64,000 nt of DNA, from NCBI RefSeq assembly GCF_009914755.1, contig NC_060926.1. One strand, 5' to 3'. Shown here piece by piece: positions 49,511-63,740 of this stretch. The first letter of the stretch is position 1; each line of letters starts with the position of its first letter. A model generated the notes under the pieces. It made no database searches. It had not been told where the DNA came from and saw only the letters and a list, made by a program, of their open reading frames with translations. The stretch comes from the human T2T-CHM13v2.0 reference genome, Homo sapiens. A program made the translations under genes and the position numbers.

Positions 49511-50299
49511 TGTCTAGGGGAATAGACATTTTTATGGATGCCTGAAAGATGATTGTTTTCTTCTGATATGAGCTGAGGAGAATAAACGCAGAACACATCC
49601 CTTTGGGCATGCTGTGATATGGGCATTCTGGGATTGAGGGTTTTGCAGCAAGGATCCTGAAGCAGGTTTCTACGTGTCAAGTGTGACTGAGTGAGAAATG
49701 GGGTGAGGCTAGTCCAGGCAACTGTCCAAGGAGTTGGCTGCTGGGCACAGCCTGACCTTGCTATTCTCCTGTCCCTTCGCTGCTCGCTAGCCCAAGAGCA
49801 GCCACCAGATCTTTTGTCTGTTCCTCCAGCTGCCGACTTCCCCATGTGCAAGGGCCTCTGCATGAGTTGCCTCCTCGTCTGGATGCCTCCACCTGTTGCT
49901 CATCATCCAGGTCTCAAGCTGGGAAGCATTTCTGACCCCACCTCAGTATAGTTACAAGCCCCCTTGCTCTGTGCTCTCCAAGCACGTGGGTTCTGCTTCC
50001 AGCCTGTGTTACACCTCAGCTTTCTTATCTGTAAAGTGGGGGCATTCTAGGTCTTACACCCAGAGCAACATCTGTGGGCAAGCAGCGTGGGCATCACTTG
50101 GACACTTTTTGAAATGCAGAATCTTGGGCCCCACCCCACACCTGCTGAACTAGAACCTGCATTTTAATTGGAATGCACAGCAGTGGTCTAGAAGACATTG
50201 ATTCTCAGCCTCTGTTGCTAGTTGGAATCATCTGGGAAGCTTTACAAGCCACTGCTGCATGGGTACTCTCTCCCAGAAATTCTGTTTTAATTGGTCTAG

Positions 50300-50645
<346 letters not shown>

Positions 50646-51337
50646 TTCCCCAGGTGTTTCTAATGTGCCGCCAAGTTTGAGACCCATTCAAGGGAGGGGT
50701 GCTATGAGGATTAAATGAGAGAGTGCATACACATCAATGCATGTGGGATGTGATTTTTGTTATTACTGTTCCAACCACAAGACACAGTACATGTTATTGG
50801 ATTCGTTTGCTGAAAGTGTTTTCCCTGCATGATAGCTCCATGGGAACAGGGTGCTTATTCATGTCATCCCCTTATTCATTGCCATATCCCCTGCCCTTCA
50901 GCACCATACAGACACCTAGTACTCACTCAGTAGCTAATGGCTGGGTGAATGAACACCTGCATGTTATTAAAGACAGAGTGGCCAGCTTAGACCTCAGTTA
51001 CTACTGTACTATGTTTTAACCGGGAGGTGGGGGAGAGCGGGAAGGAGACTGAGGTTGGTGGAATGCTTGCTGTGTGCCACGTGCATTTACATCATTACTG
51101 GAGATGTTCCTCGCACAGTCCTGGAAGGTCAGTATCATGGTCTCTGCTGTACTCAAGAGGAAGCTGAGGCTCAGGTGAAGGACCTTGCCCGAGACCACGC
51201 GGTAGTAAGTGTCGGAGCGCAGTCTGCCTTACTGCAGAATGCAGCATTTATGTGGCGAAGCTGGAACTCTTAGAAAAGGAAAGTAAAACCCTGTGCTCAG
51301 GAGCGCATGAAGGAATCGTATTTGGTTTTCTTTGTAG

Positions 51338-51604
<267 letters not shown>

Positions 51605-52169
51605 TAATCAGTGCTGGTGGAGTTACAAAGATTCAAGAACTCTTGAGAGTAATAGCTGCCTCTCAGCTCCATTCCAATGTCCTCTGGGCCTGGTCTGGCA
51701 ATATTTGGCCACTCTGTGGACCCATTTTCTTAGTTCTCATTGAGAAGTCAGCACCATCTGGACTCTATTCTGGCCTTAGGGCTGGCTCTCACTGATTTTC
51801 CCTCCCTCTGTGAGGAAGCCCGTCCTGCTAGTGGCAGAGCTGGGCTGGGGAGCAGTTGCTCTAATGTTGGAAGGGTTTGCATGAAGGACTCCTGGGCCCC
51901 ACTGTCTTCACAGATGAAGGACACAGATCCACAAGGTGACCCACCATCCTAGCTTGCCTGAGACTGTCCTGGTTTTAGCACTGAAAGTGCCTGTTCCAGG
52001 AAACCCTGCAGTCTCCAGCAAACTGGGACAGTGGGCACCCGACTTGCAACCATCTCTTCCTCCCAGGAAGGCCAATGTGGCCACTGCCTGGTTTCTCACA
52101 GTGGTTGGCCCGATACTAGACCCATCTGTGTGTTTAGTAAATGCTGGGGAGTTATACCGAATATTCTAG

Positions 52170-52352
52170 AGCTCTGGTTATCAACCTGGGCTGATAGTAG
52201 AATTCCCTGGGAAGATTCAAAACGGTCCAAATGCCGGGGCCCCACCTCCAGCGTTTTAGATTGACTCGAGTTAGGGCAGGGCTCAGCATTGGTAGGGTTT
52301 AAAGGCTCCCCAGGTTGTTCTGTGGTGAGGCCCCGCTGTGAGCCACTATTTT
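52170..52352. mobile_element. MER5A-like MITE
   Basis: tggttatcaacctgggctg...gggccccacctccag...gctccccaggttgttct...gagccact. Confidence 0.65.
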
Positions 52353-53325
52353 AAAGCATGCATTAACACAACCAAGCCACTGTCCACAGCAGAGTCAGTG
52401 AGAAGGTTTGCAACTTGAGTCCCTGGTTACAACTTTTCCATAAAGGTAACTATTTGAGAGTTTCTGCTTCGGCTGCTGACGTCAAGAAATGAAATGTACA
52501 AGCTTACTTAGATCAAATCCTGAAGAAAGCCTGTAAATAAGTAATGGGTATTAATTCAGTACTAAAACACATGCTTAAAAATATTCTGCACTTATTGATT
52601 GCAACTAGAAGTGAGGCTGGTGAACTTCAAGAGGGGCATGGGGAAATAGAAATGTTTGCTTTTCTTAAGGTGAAAGAGCTTTGTGTTGAATTCCCTGCAA
52701 CGTTGTTTGAAAAAAAACAAAATAGATGGGCAAACAGATCATAAATGTTTGCTAATTGTTGTTGCCTTTTGTATTCATGTAGTTATTAGCTAGCGTATAA
52801 TCTTTATCCCCCTCCACTTACTTACCCACTCATATGTCTGTAAACATAACATGCTTTATACACATATGTATGTGTATACACATAAACATATCTATCTATC
52901 TGTATCTACATATATAAATAATCTGGCTGATTCAAAAAATAATGGTTTGGGGCAGCATAGATTAAAAACTCTTAAAAAAAAAACAACAGAATTGACTTCT
53001 TGGTTAACCTCAGGTAAATCGCTGCGCTAATAGATTTAAAGGAAAATGTCAACCAGGCACCAATAATGGGATATTGTTATAACAACTGCCAGTCCTTTTC
53101 TGAGTACTTACTGCCCTTAGTGATGTAGATTTCTAATTAGTCAGGCAGGTAGATTTGATCTGAAAGGCTTTGAATGCAGGGTGGGGACAGTGAACTGAGC
53201 TGTTTGGGACTGGTGACAAAGTGGCCCGGAGCTCTCAGGAGTTGCTGCTCTGAGACAGTCCTCCTTCTGGGGAGCCCCTGGGCTGAGTCCCTGTGTGAAG
53301 GGGCCAAAGCTTCTTGCTCAGGTAG

Positions 53326-53589
<264 letters not shown>

Positions 53590-56399
53590 TGAGAGCAAGA
53601 CAGAGTGAGATGCCCCCACCAGAGGTGTGTGCACAAGGAGTGGCTGATCCTGGTGCGTGGTGAGACACCCACATAGGCCCAGCTCTCAGGGACTGCCCCG
53701 CACACGAATGTGGACAGGTCTGCCTGGGGGTGTCCCAGACAGACACATAGATGTGGATGGCCCAGGAGAGGACGTTGGATGGTGGATAGTAGAGGAACAT
53801 TTGGGGGAAAATGGAGCAATAGCATGGAAACCAGACATGAAGGCATAAAGATAGAGAAACTATATTTTAAAGATGTGGGAGAAAAACATAATGGTTATTT
53901 AAAAAATGTTGTGGGGGTAGTTGGGCAGAGAAAGGCCCCTCTGGTGGGCACCCTAGCCTCTTCCTTGCAGCCCACCTTCCTGCCCTGAGGCGGGACTGTG
54001 GCTCCAGTCCCTGCTGACTTCTGTCCCAGCCCTTCTCTCCACACAGGCTGCCCACCCCCCAGTGTCTGTGCACCCCCCACAGGCTTTCCTGGCAGCCCCA
54101 GCCCTCCCAGGCTTCAGCCATCACCTCTCTGCAGAGAACTCCGTAGCTCTCCGAACCCTCCCTTCAACCCCAGGCCTCTCTGTGCCTCTAAACAGTTCCG
54201 CCTGCTGCCCCTCTGAGCCCTGGAGGGAGTCATTTTCTCTGCACAAACTGCCCCATATCCAAAAGCCTCTGTCTTAACCAGGTACAACCATCAAAGGCAG
54301 AAAATGTGGACCTGCCTTGATTCTTCCTTCTTTTTTCTCTCTCCACATCCCACATGCTATCTCTAGCTTTTGACTTTAAACTTGTCCCCAGGGCCCATCC
54401 CTACCTCGTGCCCCCACAGCCACTGCTAGCTCTTTCCAGGAGCATTCCCTTGTCTCTCAACTCATGGCATTGAATTTTTGAACAGCCCAGGCCATTTGTC
54501 CAAGTACTGGATTTGTTCGATTGTTTCCTTCTGTTGTTTAACTTGTTTCTCTGACTCCTCTCTTTCCTGTAAACTGGAAGTTAGGTCTAGAGACTCCATT
54601 AGATTCAGATGAAGTATTTCGGCAAGAACTCAGCGTAGTTGATGTTCTGCATGTCATATGGCATCACAACAGAGAGCCATAATGTCAGGTTGTCCCATCA
54701 TTAGGGATGATCGCCTGATCACACAGTTAAAATGGTGCCTCCAGACAGCTCCCTTATAAATCTTCCCACTTTGTAATTAGCAAGTAAACTGTGGGTGATA
54801 TCTTGGCACTGTACGGATGTCCTACTTCTCAGCTACCTCTTATCTAATGGTCTAAGCATCCATTGACCTTCCTGTCTGAAGAAGTCATTTAGTTGGGACT
54901 GCAAAGTGGTGATTTTCTCATTATCATTCTTTTTCTCTTGATTAGCCAACATTTTTTTCTGTAAAGAAGAGCTTTCTCCCTCCGCTTCGTTGAGTATTAG
55001 TATGGACCTCAATACTTTTTATTTCTAATGTTAAATCAGTCATTATTGTGTTGATGTATGAATTATACTGAAGGTGGCCATCAGGAGCCCCTTTGAGCTG
55101 GGCTCTCTCTCCTCAGAGACTAGCACAGGGTCCCAGTGAAAATGTACACGGGGATGTAATGCAGATTTTAAACTCGTTCATGTGGAGGTGTAAATGCTTA
55201 CTGCAGATCCTCACCTGAGTGCAGGTTTTGGTGTAGACTCAGGGTCCAGGTCTTACGCCCTGCGCCTGGCATCAGGAGGAATGGGGACAGCTGCTTGAAG
55301 GTAGGAAGGAAACAGGAAGCTGCGGCTGTACGTTTTTGTGGGACACTAGCTCCAAGGACTAGGATTAATTCTTCCACTTGACACTTGGGGGAATTCACGT
55401 CCTGAGATTGTTCTTATTTCGCATTCCCAACATGGAAGGTATTTCGATGGTGGCTAGAACCAAGACTGACATGCCTTCACATTCATTGGAACTAAGCCTC
55501 AGAGCTCCGGGGCTCCGGGCTGCTCCTGGGTCCCTGCCAGCATCTTTGATCTCCCTGGGTCTTCTGTTCTGAGATGCCCTTGGCTGGCCCTGGGGATTTC
55601 TTTAGGAAGGTACCAGTGTCTAGGGGGAGGTGAAAGGACAAAGGCAGCCAAGGCAAGGCACTGTATACAGTAGATTGGCATCTGGGCTCATGCAAGAAGC
55701 TGCGCCTCCCATTTTTCCTCTAGAAGGAGGTGGAGGGAGTTGAAGAATGACCTTATGGTGAAGGAGGCAGCTGGAATGCTCCGTCTTGAAAGTTTCAACC
55801 TGGCCAGCCTCCTCGGTGGACCCCAGGCCTTTGCGTCCTCTCTGCCCTAAGCCACCTCCTTGTGGCGTCCCCGCTTCTGCTGCTCTTATGGCGTGTCTCA
55901 TTCTGCCTGTCCCTCTCTTTTAGCCTGCTTGCATGTCCCTTTTCTCTCTTTACACCCTAAGCTGAAGAGCCCTGAGGTTACATTCTGTGTACCCACCCAC
56001 CCCAGCTGGCCTTCTTTGCATTTCCCCTTATGGACACCTGGTGGCAGTATTATCCAAGATGTGAACCATACTTGATTTGGCCAAGTTCCTAAGAAGATAG
56101 GAGTGTGGGAGAGTGTGTGCGACTGTGCACTTCATGGTATGGAAGAAAGAAAAGGTCCTGCCCTACTTGTAGGGCAGGACAGGAAGTTTTAAAACAACTT
56201 TTTTTTTTCTGAATTCAAGAATAAAACCCATTAATTGCAAAAAATTGAAAAAAATCAGAGACAAGGAAAACAACAAAAACTCCCACTGCACCATATTCTG
56301 TACCCTGCACCACCCTGGAGAGAATTACTGATAACATTGGTTTGTATTACCTACCCTGTTACTTCCCCTCTTCCCACTTGCTGGGAAAAAATCATGAAA

Positions 56400-57172
56400 A
56401 TATTGATTTTCCTTATTCAAGGATTCTGTATTTGCCAATTTGCCTACTCACTAAAATGTATTTGCAAGCCCAAAATCAACACTCATGGCACTTTAGTGAT
56501 GATTTGTGGACACTTTCAGGGCTTTGAAAAATTTGAGTCTCCCAGCGTGTATGTTGGTTGCTGAGGTTGAACAAGGTGACTCTCTGCCTCCCCGCTCCAA
56601 CTCTCATGGAGTAAACATGACATGTCCATGATCAAAGGACATGTATTTACTCCACGAGAGTTGAAACAGGGAGGCAGAGAGTCTCAAAACATGGTACTGC
56701 ACAGGACACGTATCAAAGGACACAGACAAAATGTGTGTCCTTTGATATGTGTCCTGTGTAGTCTCATGTTTTTCACATTTTTGTGCCTTTTCTTGGCGAC
56801 TTCGCTGTTTAAAATGGCCCCAGATGTCGTGCTGAAGTGCTGTCTGGCGTTCCTCAGCTCAGAAAGGCTGTGATGTGTTTTATGGAGGAAGTGCGTGTGA
56901 TAGGTAAGCTTCTGGCAGGCTTGAGTCACAGTGCCGTTGGCTGTGAGTTCAATGCTGATGACTCAGCAATGTATATTAAAAAGTAAGGTGTCCTTCAACA
57001 GAAGCACACATAAACCAAGGTTACGTATTGATCAGTTGACAAAAACATTGTGACAGAGGCTGCCAGGAATTTAACCCTGCTTCTTCTCTGAGGTAATGAG
57101 TCAGCATTCACTAATTCAGGGTTCATGGTGACCTTATAGATCATAACTACCATGAATAATGAGAATCAACTA
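56400..57172. mobile_element. TcMar-Tigger (Tigger4-like) DNA transposon with internal rearrangement
   Basis: TIR-like ends (ttgattttccttattca...tgaataatgagaatcaacta); internal cctactcactaaaatgtatttgcaagcccaaaatcaa motif. Confidence 0.75.
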
Positions 57173-57949
57173 TATACATGCAGTTTGGTAAACTGCTTGT
57201 GTTGTCTCATCTTTTCTTAGGTTATTAAAGAGTCATTGAAATGATTTTTTTTGATGGCTGCATAATATTCTGTCAGATGAGTATACCATAACATTTGACC
57301 TATTTTTTGGACATATATAATTCAAATTTTCCTCTTTTATAAACAACATTGTGACAAACATCAGCATACAGGAATCTTTGTCCACACTCTGATTGCTTTT
57401 CTGTAGGGAAGTTTCTAGAATTGGGGCTGTTAAGCCAGGGGGCTTATTTTTAAGTATTTGATACAGATGGACAAATAGCCTTCCAGAGAGAGTGTACTAA
57501 TAATACTCCATTGGGTAGTGAAGGAAGGTAAAGAAAAAAGGTAAAGCAAGAAAAAAAGAGAAGCAGAGGAAGAGGAAGAAGCAGCATGGTGTGGCCCTGG
57601 CTGAGTGCCTGTGGGTGGAACAGGATGGGGGAAGGCTGGCAGGGATCTCTGGGGCCACAGGCAGTGCTGGCTGGGGTGTGGCAGATGGACCAGCTGCTGT
57701 TCAAGCCCCCAGACCCACATCCTGGTGAAGGTAGCCAGGTTGAAGTGTTTGCGATGGAGGAGGGCCAGATGCCTGGGGCAGGGGCTGAAGTAGCCCGTGT
57801 GCATCCTATGTGTGTGTTGGGGCAGCCTGTGCCTTCTTATTCCAGGGACCTGGGGCACAGAGTTGGCAGGGCTGCTCAGCTGGGTCTTGTTAAAGTATCT
57901 TATTTTAAAATTTTGTTTATCTAATTTTTGAATTAGGTAGTACATTTAT

Positions 57950-57997
<48 letters not shown>
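57950..57997. repeat. (TCTA)12 tetranucleotide STR
   Basis: 12 perfect TCTA units. Confidence 0.97.
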
Positions 57998-57999
<2 letters not shown>

Positions 58000-58147
58000 A
58001 TGAAAAATCTCCCTCTTGCTCTGTACCCCATCCAACAATCAATCCATTTCTTCCTTTTCAAAGAAAACCACTGCAATTAGTTTCTTTTATATTATTCTGG
58101 TTTTGTGATGCACGTGTAAGCAAATATGACTACAGATTCTTTCTTCA

Positions 58148-58437
58148 TTTTTTTTTGAGATGGAGTCTCACTCAGTAGCCCAGGCTGGAGTGCAGTGGTG
58201 CAATCTCCGCTCATTGCAGCCTCTGCCTCCTGGATTCAGGCAATTCTGATGCCTTGGTCTCCCGAGTAGCTGGTACTATAGGCATGTGACACCACTTCCA
58301 GCTAACTTTTGTATTTTTAGTAGAGACAGGGCTTTGCCACATTATCCAGGCTTGTCTTGAACTCCTGACCTCAAGTGACCCACCTGCCTTGGGCTCCCAA
58401 AGTGCTGGGATTAAGGCATGAGCCACCGTGCCCAGCC
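58148..58437 (-). mobile_element. Alu (S/J-like) inside an old L1 fragment (~58000-59070)
   Basis: Dimer; TSD-like gacta(c/t)agatt; L1M motifs on both sides. Confidence 0.9.
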
Positions 58438-60139
58438 GACTATAGATTTTTGTCTTTTACCTTTTAGCACAAATGGCTGCACATCACACCACTCTGCGCC
58501 TTGCTTTTTTCACTTAATCATATAACTTGGAGATGGTTTCACGTCACTACCTAGAGGCATCCTCATTCTGTTTGACAGCTGCCTAGTACTCCATTGTACG
58601 GACGGACCATACTTCATTTAACCTGCTTTCCATTGGTGGACACATGGGTTGTTCCAAATCCTTGCTAGTTCAAGCCATGCTGCAGTGAATAGCCTCACAC
58701 ATATGTCATTCCTCACATGTGCAAGTATTTCTGTAGGATGGGTGTCTAGAGGTAGGATTCATAGGGCAGTGGGAACATGCATTTGAAACTACAATACATA
58801 GTGGCCAATTGTCCTCTGAAGGGGTCAAACTATTTTGTTTTCCCACCAGCAAAACATGAGCATGCAGTTTTCCCATAGCCTTGCCAACAGTGGTCTATCA
58901 GACTTTAGAGATTTTTATGAATCTGATGGGTGAGGAATGGTATTTTGTTGGTTTTCTTTGTGTTTCTTTCTGAGTGGGATGAAGCATCTTTTTATATGTC
59001 TCAAGGCCTTGCGTCTTCATTCTGTGAACTGTCTCTTCCACTCTTTGCTCTTTCTTCCACTGGATTGGATCGTTGGTCTCTCTTCTTTCCTTACTCCTCT
59101 CTTTGCTAACTAACACAAGGGCCAAATCCTGGCACTCAGCCCCACACCCAGCCCTGTGTGGCCTTTGTCTGGGGCTCTTTTTACAGGGAGGAGGGGGAAG
59201 GTGGGGGCAGGGGCCAGCACTGGGTGGACCAGGAATGGAGACATCATCCTCACCCCTGGGGACCTGAAGTCTCTGATTTAAGTCAGATGCTCATTAAATG
59301 AGATAATGCACATGAAATGCCTAGCACAATGCAGGGCTTATCATAGTAAATGCTCTGAAAAGGCTGCTCATTATTTTCATGTGTAGAACATGGAAATCTA
59401 CCAGGATCTGTGTATCTGAAACTGAGTCTTTACCTGCTGCCCCCGTGTGTGGGTATAGGATCCCTGGGGCTGGCTAAGGGGCCTGGTGTTCCTTATGGAC
59501 TCCAAGGCCAGGGCTGGCCTGTGAGCTGCTGGTTTGGATCTGGTTTCCACTCCTGTGAGGTTTCTTGTTTGGGAAAAACCTGGTCTTTAGGACAGGGCTG
59601 GTTGGAGGCAGACTATGGCTTATAGGGTTTGTATCTTCACTGAATTTTCTTTCACTCTCTGACCTCTGTGCATGGCTCCCCTCTCCCATCTCTGATCTCC
59701 TAGGGGTCACAGTCTTCCTACATGGTGGATGATCTGGGGTAACGGGCAAAAGAGCCTTCTGGGCCATAAGGGCCTCTGGGAAAGCTGGTCTGGACTGGAC
59801 TCAGGGCCCCCACATTTAGGGTCATGGCCATAATGGGAGGTATGGAGAGGGATTTTCAGCCAGAGGTGTGAGTTAAGGGTAGAAGGGCTGTGGCATTCAG
59901 ACAGCCCACCCCACCCTTACCCACTCCCCAGCTCTGGGTCTGACCTTCCATTGAGCTTTGTCTCTGCAAAGATTCCCTGTGTATGAACCCCCTGCACTAG
60001 GCCCCAACCCCAGGGTCTTACACCCAGCCCTAAGGGCAGCCAGCATGGCAGAGAATGGTCACTGGCTGGCATGTGGCCCCGGGGGAGCCCAGAGTCCCCA
60101 TGGAGCTTGATCAACTTGTCCCCTCCCTGTGTCTTCTAG

Positions 60140-60322
<183 letters not shown>

Positions 60323-60386
60323 TAGGGAGGGGCTGTTCTATCTTCAAAAGGACTCTTCTCCCAACACGCCTCTATTCCTTCCTCAG

Positions 60387-60430
60387 TTTCCCTCCATGTG
60401 CGAAAAAATGAGGATTCGTATCATAGACTG
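60387..60430 (+). CDS. DYSF: Dysferlin exon 15 (44 nt; C2C)
   Basis: ccttcctcag|TTTCCC...AGACTG|gtgagt; encodes FPSMCEKMRIRIID(W); intron 14 is only 178 nt. Confidence 0.96.
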
Positions 60431-60969
60431 GTGAGTTCTGAGTCTTGGAGTCTTTAGGGCGGGCTGTCCTGAGGGGGCGCTGGGTCCCTCAGTTTCATTC
60501 GGCTCAGTGACTGGTAGTAAGAGTGTGAGGGAGAAGTTTCAGGTGAGGTAATGTCCCCTTGGGGTAGCCAGGGATGGAGAGGGTGTGGGCAGTTCCTCGG
60601 AAGCTTACTCACACCTGCTTGTTGGGAGGTAGGCAGATAAGGAGGAATCATCTCTGAGGGCAGAAGGAGCTGGGAAGGCTTCCTGGAGGAGGTGGGGCAG
60701 GTGATGGCCCGGCAGGAGGGGTGGGGTTTTGCTAAGCTCACCATGAGGACATTCCAGTGAGGAGAGGCTCACAAACTAAGGGAAGGGGCTGAAAAGAGCA
60801 GAGCTTCAGGGAGGATGGGCTGCGGTGCTGCCCTGGGTTGGTGGGATGAAAAAGTAGGGTCCCCAGGCTGGAGGAGCCGACCAGATTGCCTGAGCAGGGG
60901 ACACCACGGCAGCTGTGCAGCAGGTGAGGACAGCAGCTCACGGGCGTCTTAGAAAGACCACAGCATCTA

Positions 60970-61190
60970 ATACTTGTTGAGCACCTACTATACACCAAAC
61001 CTTGTTCCCAGCAAGCACTTGACACGAGTCATCTCATCTGACCATCAACTCACCGACATCAGTTCACAGATGAGAAGGCAGGTTGGGAAAGACTGAGTGA
61101 CCTGCCCGAGCTGACAGCTAGCTGGAAAGTAGCTGAGGCCAGGCTTGAACCCAAGCCTGCTGTTTCCAAAGCCTGCGTTCCTAACCACTA
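60970..61190. mobile_element. MIR
   Basis: tacttgttgagcacctacta...cacagatgagaaggcagg...gagtgacctgcccgag...ggcttgaacccaagcctg. Confidence 0.7.
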
Positions 61191-62337
61191 GTCCATGCCA
61201 CCTCCTGCTAGTTGAGGGGAGCTGTCTCTTACACTTGAGGGGAATATTCGGGGTCCACACGTGTGATCTCAGGGCATTGGGCTTCCCAAAAAGAGAGAGT
61301 TGTCCTTTCTTTGCCCCCAAGAAGTCTTGGCTTTGTGGTTCCCCAGCGTGTTCTCCTCTGGTCTCATGCCCATGACACCCCCAACCAGGAGGATAATGAG
61401 AGACTAGGGAAAAACCCCCAGGCCACAGAGCCATTAAGCTGTGTGCCAGTTCCCCAGGCCTAAAGAAAACAGCTTGTGAGAATTAGAGGAGAGGAAAGAG
61501 AGCCGCCAGGAGGGCCTGTGAGGGAGAGGCCGCAAGGGCAGCGACCACGGGTATGTACTGTGGGGAAGCGGTTTGGAGGAAAGATGTGCTTTACATCCCA
61601 GAATGATCTCTTCATCTCCGCTCTCCATGTGTGCCGCTCTGACTGCGGGCGATGAGCTGTGCGTGTCTCTGCGTGTTTGCGCATGTGGATGTGAGTGGGT
61701 GCGGTTGTCTCCTGTGTTGTGGATGTGTCTGGCCCGAGTCCGGGTGAGCTGTGTCAAAGGCATCGGCGTACTGTACAATCCAAACACATTACAGAATCTG
61801 GTGGTTGCATCTCTGGTTTGGGTTGAAGTGGCATTTTTATTGTGAGTCTATTTTCAGACTTGCTGTATTTTCCAAAAGCAACCCCAAGCCCCAAAACCCA
61901 GCTCTTGGCCAGAAAGCATTCTGCTGCTTCAAGTTCCTATCCAGAAGAGTGCTTTCTTCCCAGAAAATGCAGATAAGCTCTTGTTATTACCTGAATCCTG
62001 GAAATAGGATATAGTCCATATGGCCTTTTCTCTGTAACTTAATCTTCCATTTAATTCTTCAGAAATTCCTTTTTCATTAAAAAACCAAACCAAACAACAA
62101 CAACAAAAAAACCCCAAACCACCCCCTACCTCCATAAAACAGAACCTCTCTCCTCCCACTCTCCTTCCCTCCTCTCCCAATTCAGAGAAGACTGGAGGTC
62201 AGAAATCCAATTCCTTTTCAAGTGCTGACCTTTTCTAGGGTTTGGTCATGAAGACTGGGTACAAATGCCATTAACTGTCACTCATCTGGTGCTGAGAATA
62301 TCACTGTAAAATATTGCAGGAAATTTTTACTTTCTAG

Positions 62338-62682
<345 letters not shown>

Positions 62683-63044
62683 TAATATCATTTACTTGGA
62701 AAAATGATACAGATCTGTCTGTGCTGACAATTCATTCTTCCTAATGTAGCGCCGGCGATGGAAAACTTTAAAAATCAAAGCTTAATCACCTCCCTGGGAA
62801 ATACAAAGAGGAAGAAAGGAGCACAGAAATTGTGCAGAGATTAGGGTACCTTGTAGGGTTAGGATTTCAAAGAAAAATCGAAGCACCATGCCAGGGTATG
62901 CCTTTCACAATGGGGCTGGGATGTGTCATCTGAAGCTGCCCATGGCTAAGGCACTCACAACAGGGAGAGGGGGTCTACGGGGCACCAAGAAGAAGGGGAA
63001 ATTACCCAGGAGGAACTTCCTGAAGGAGATGGGTCCTGCCCAGC

Positions 63045-63740
63045 CCAGTGTTTCTCAGCGTCTGCATCATTGGCATTTGGGGCTGGAATATTCTTTGCTG
63101 TGGGGTTCTCGACCTAGTGGTTTTGACCCCAGGTCTAGCCTACCCGGGAAGCAGCAGGTGGCTGCAATCAAAGCTCTGGTCTCCACGTCAGCATATCTGG
63201 CCTCAAATCCCAGCTTTGCCATCTTGGCAAATTATTTAACCTTCTCAACCTTGGCTTTCTCATCTGAACTTGGGGCTAATTGTAGTACCTACCTGGTAGT
63301 GCCGATGTGAGAATGAGTGAGTTAAGTCACCTGATGGTTTTAGCACAGTGCTTGGCTCTTAGTACGTGCTCAATAAATGTTAGCTGTTACTGTTTATTAT
63401 TATCAAAGGAGGCAGGAGTGGGGTTCAGAGGGAGGGTCTGCATAGGATGTGGTTGGCTAATAGGTGAATCAAGCAGTTAACCTCCTTGAGCTCCTGGCCA
63501 CAGTCCCCTACCCTGGTTGGGGAGCCAAGAAGTGTCCCCCTGGAAGCAGGCCCTATGCCATGCAGGAGCAATGTTCCAGGAGTCAGGACGCCAGGGCTTC
63601 CGGCCTGGGCTTGCCCTTCCTCTCCTGATGACCTTGGGCAAGTACCTACATGGCTTTAAGCCTCAGTTTCCTCATGGGTGCAACAGAGATAATAATAAAA
63701 GTGCTTGTTTCTCAAGGCTGTGTGAGCCTCCTGTGTGATA
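63045..63740. mobile_element. MER20-like fragment followed by MIR copies
   Basis: cagtgtttctcagc...tggcatttggggctggaatattctttgctgtgggg; MIR cores tgctcaataaatgttagctgttac and gcctcagtttcctcat. Confidence 0.6.

Noticed and set aside
52477-52484. Full CRE palindrome TGACGTCA
   Set aside because: A single 8-mer with no supporting cluster; compatible with chance.
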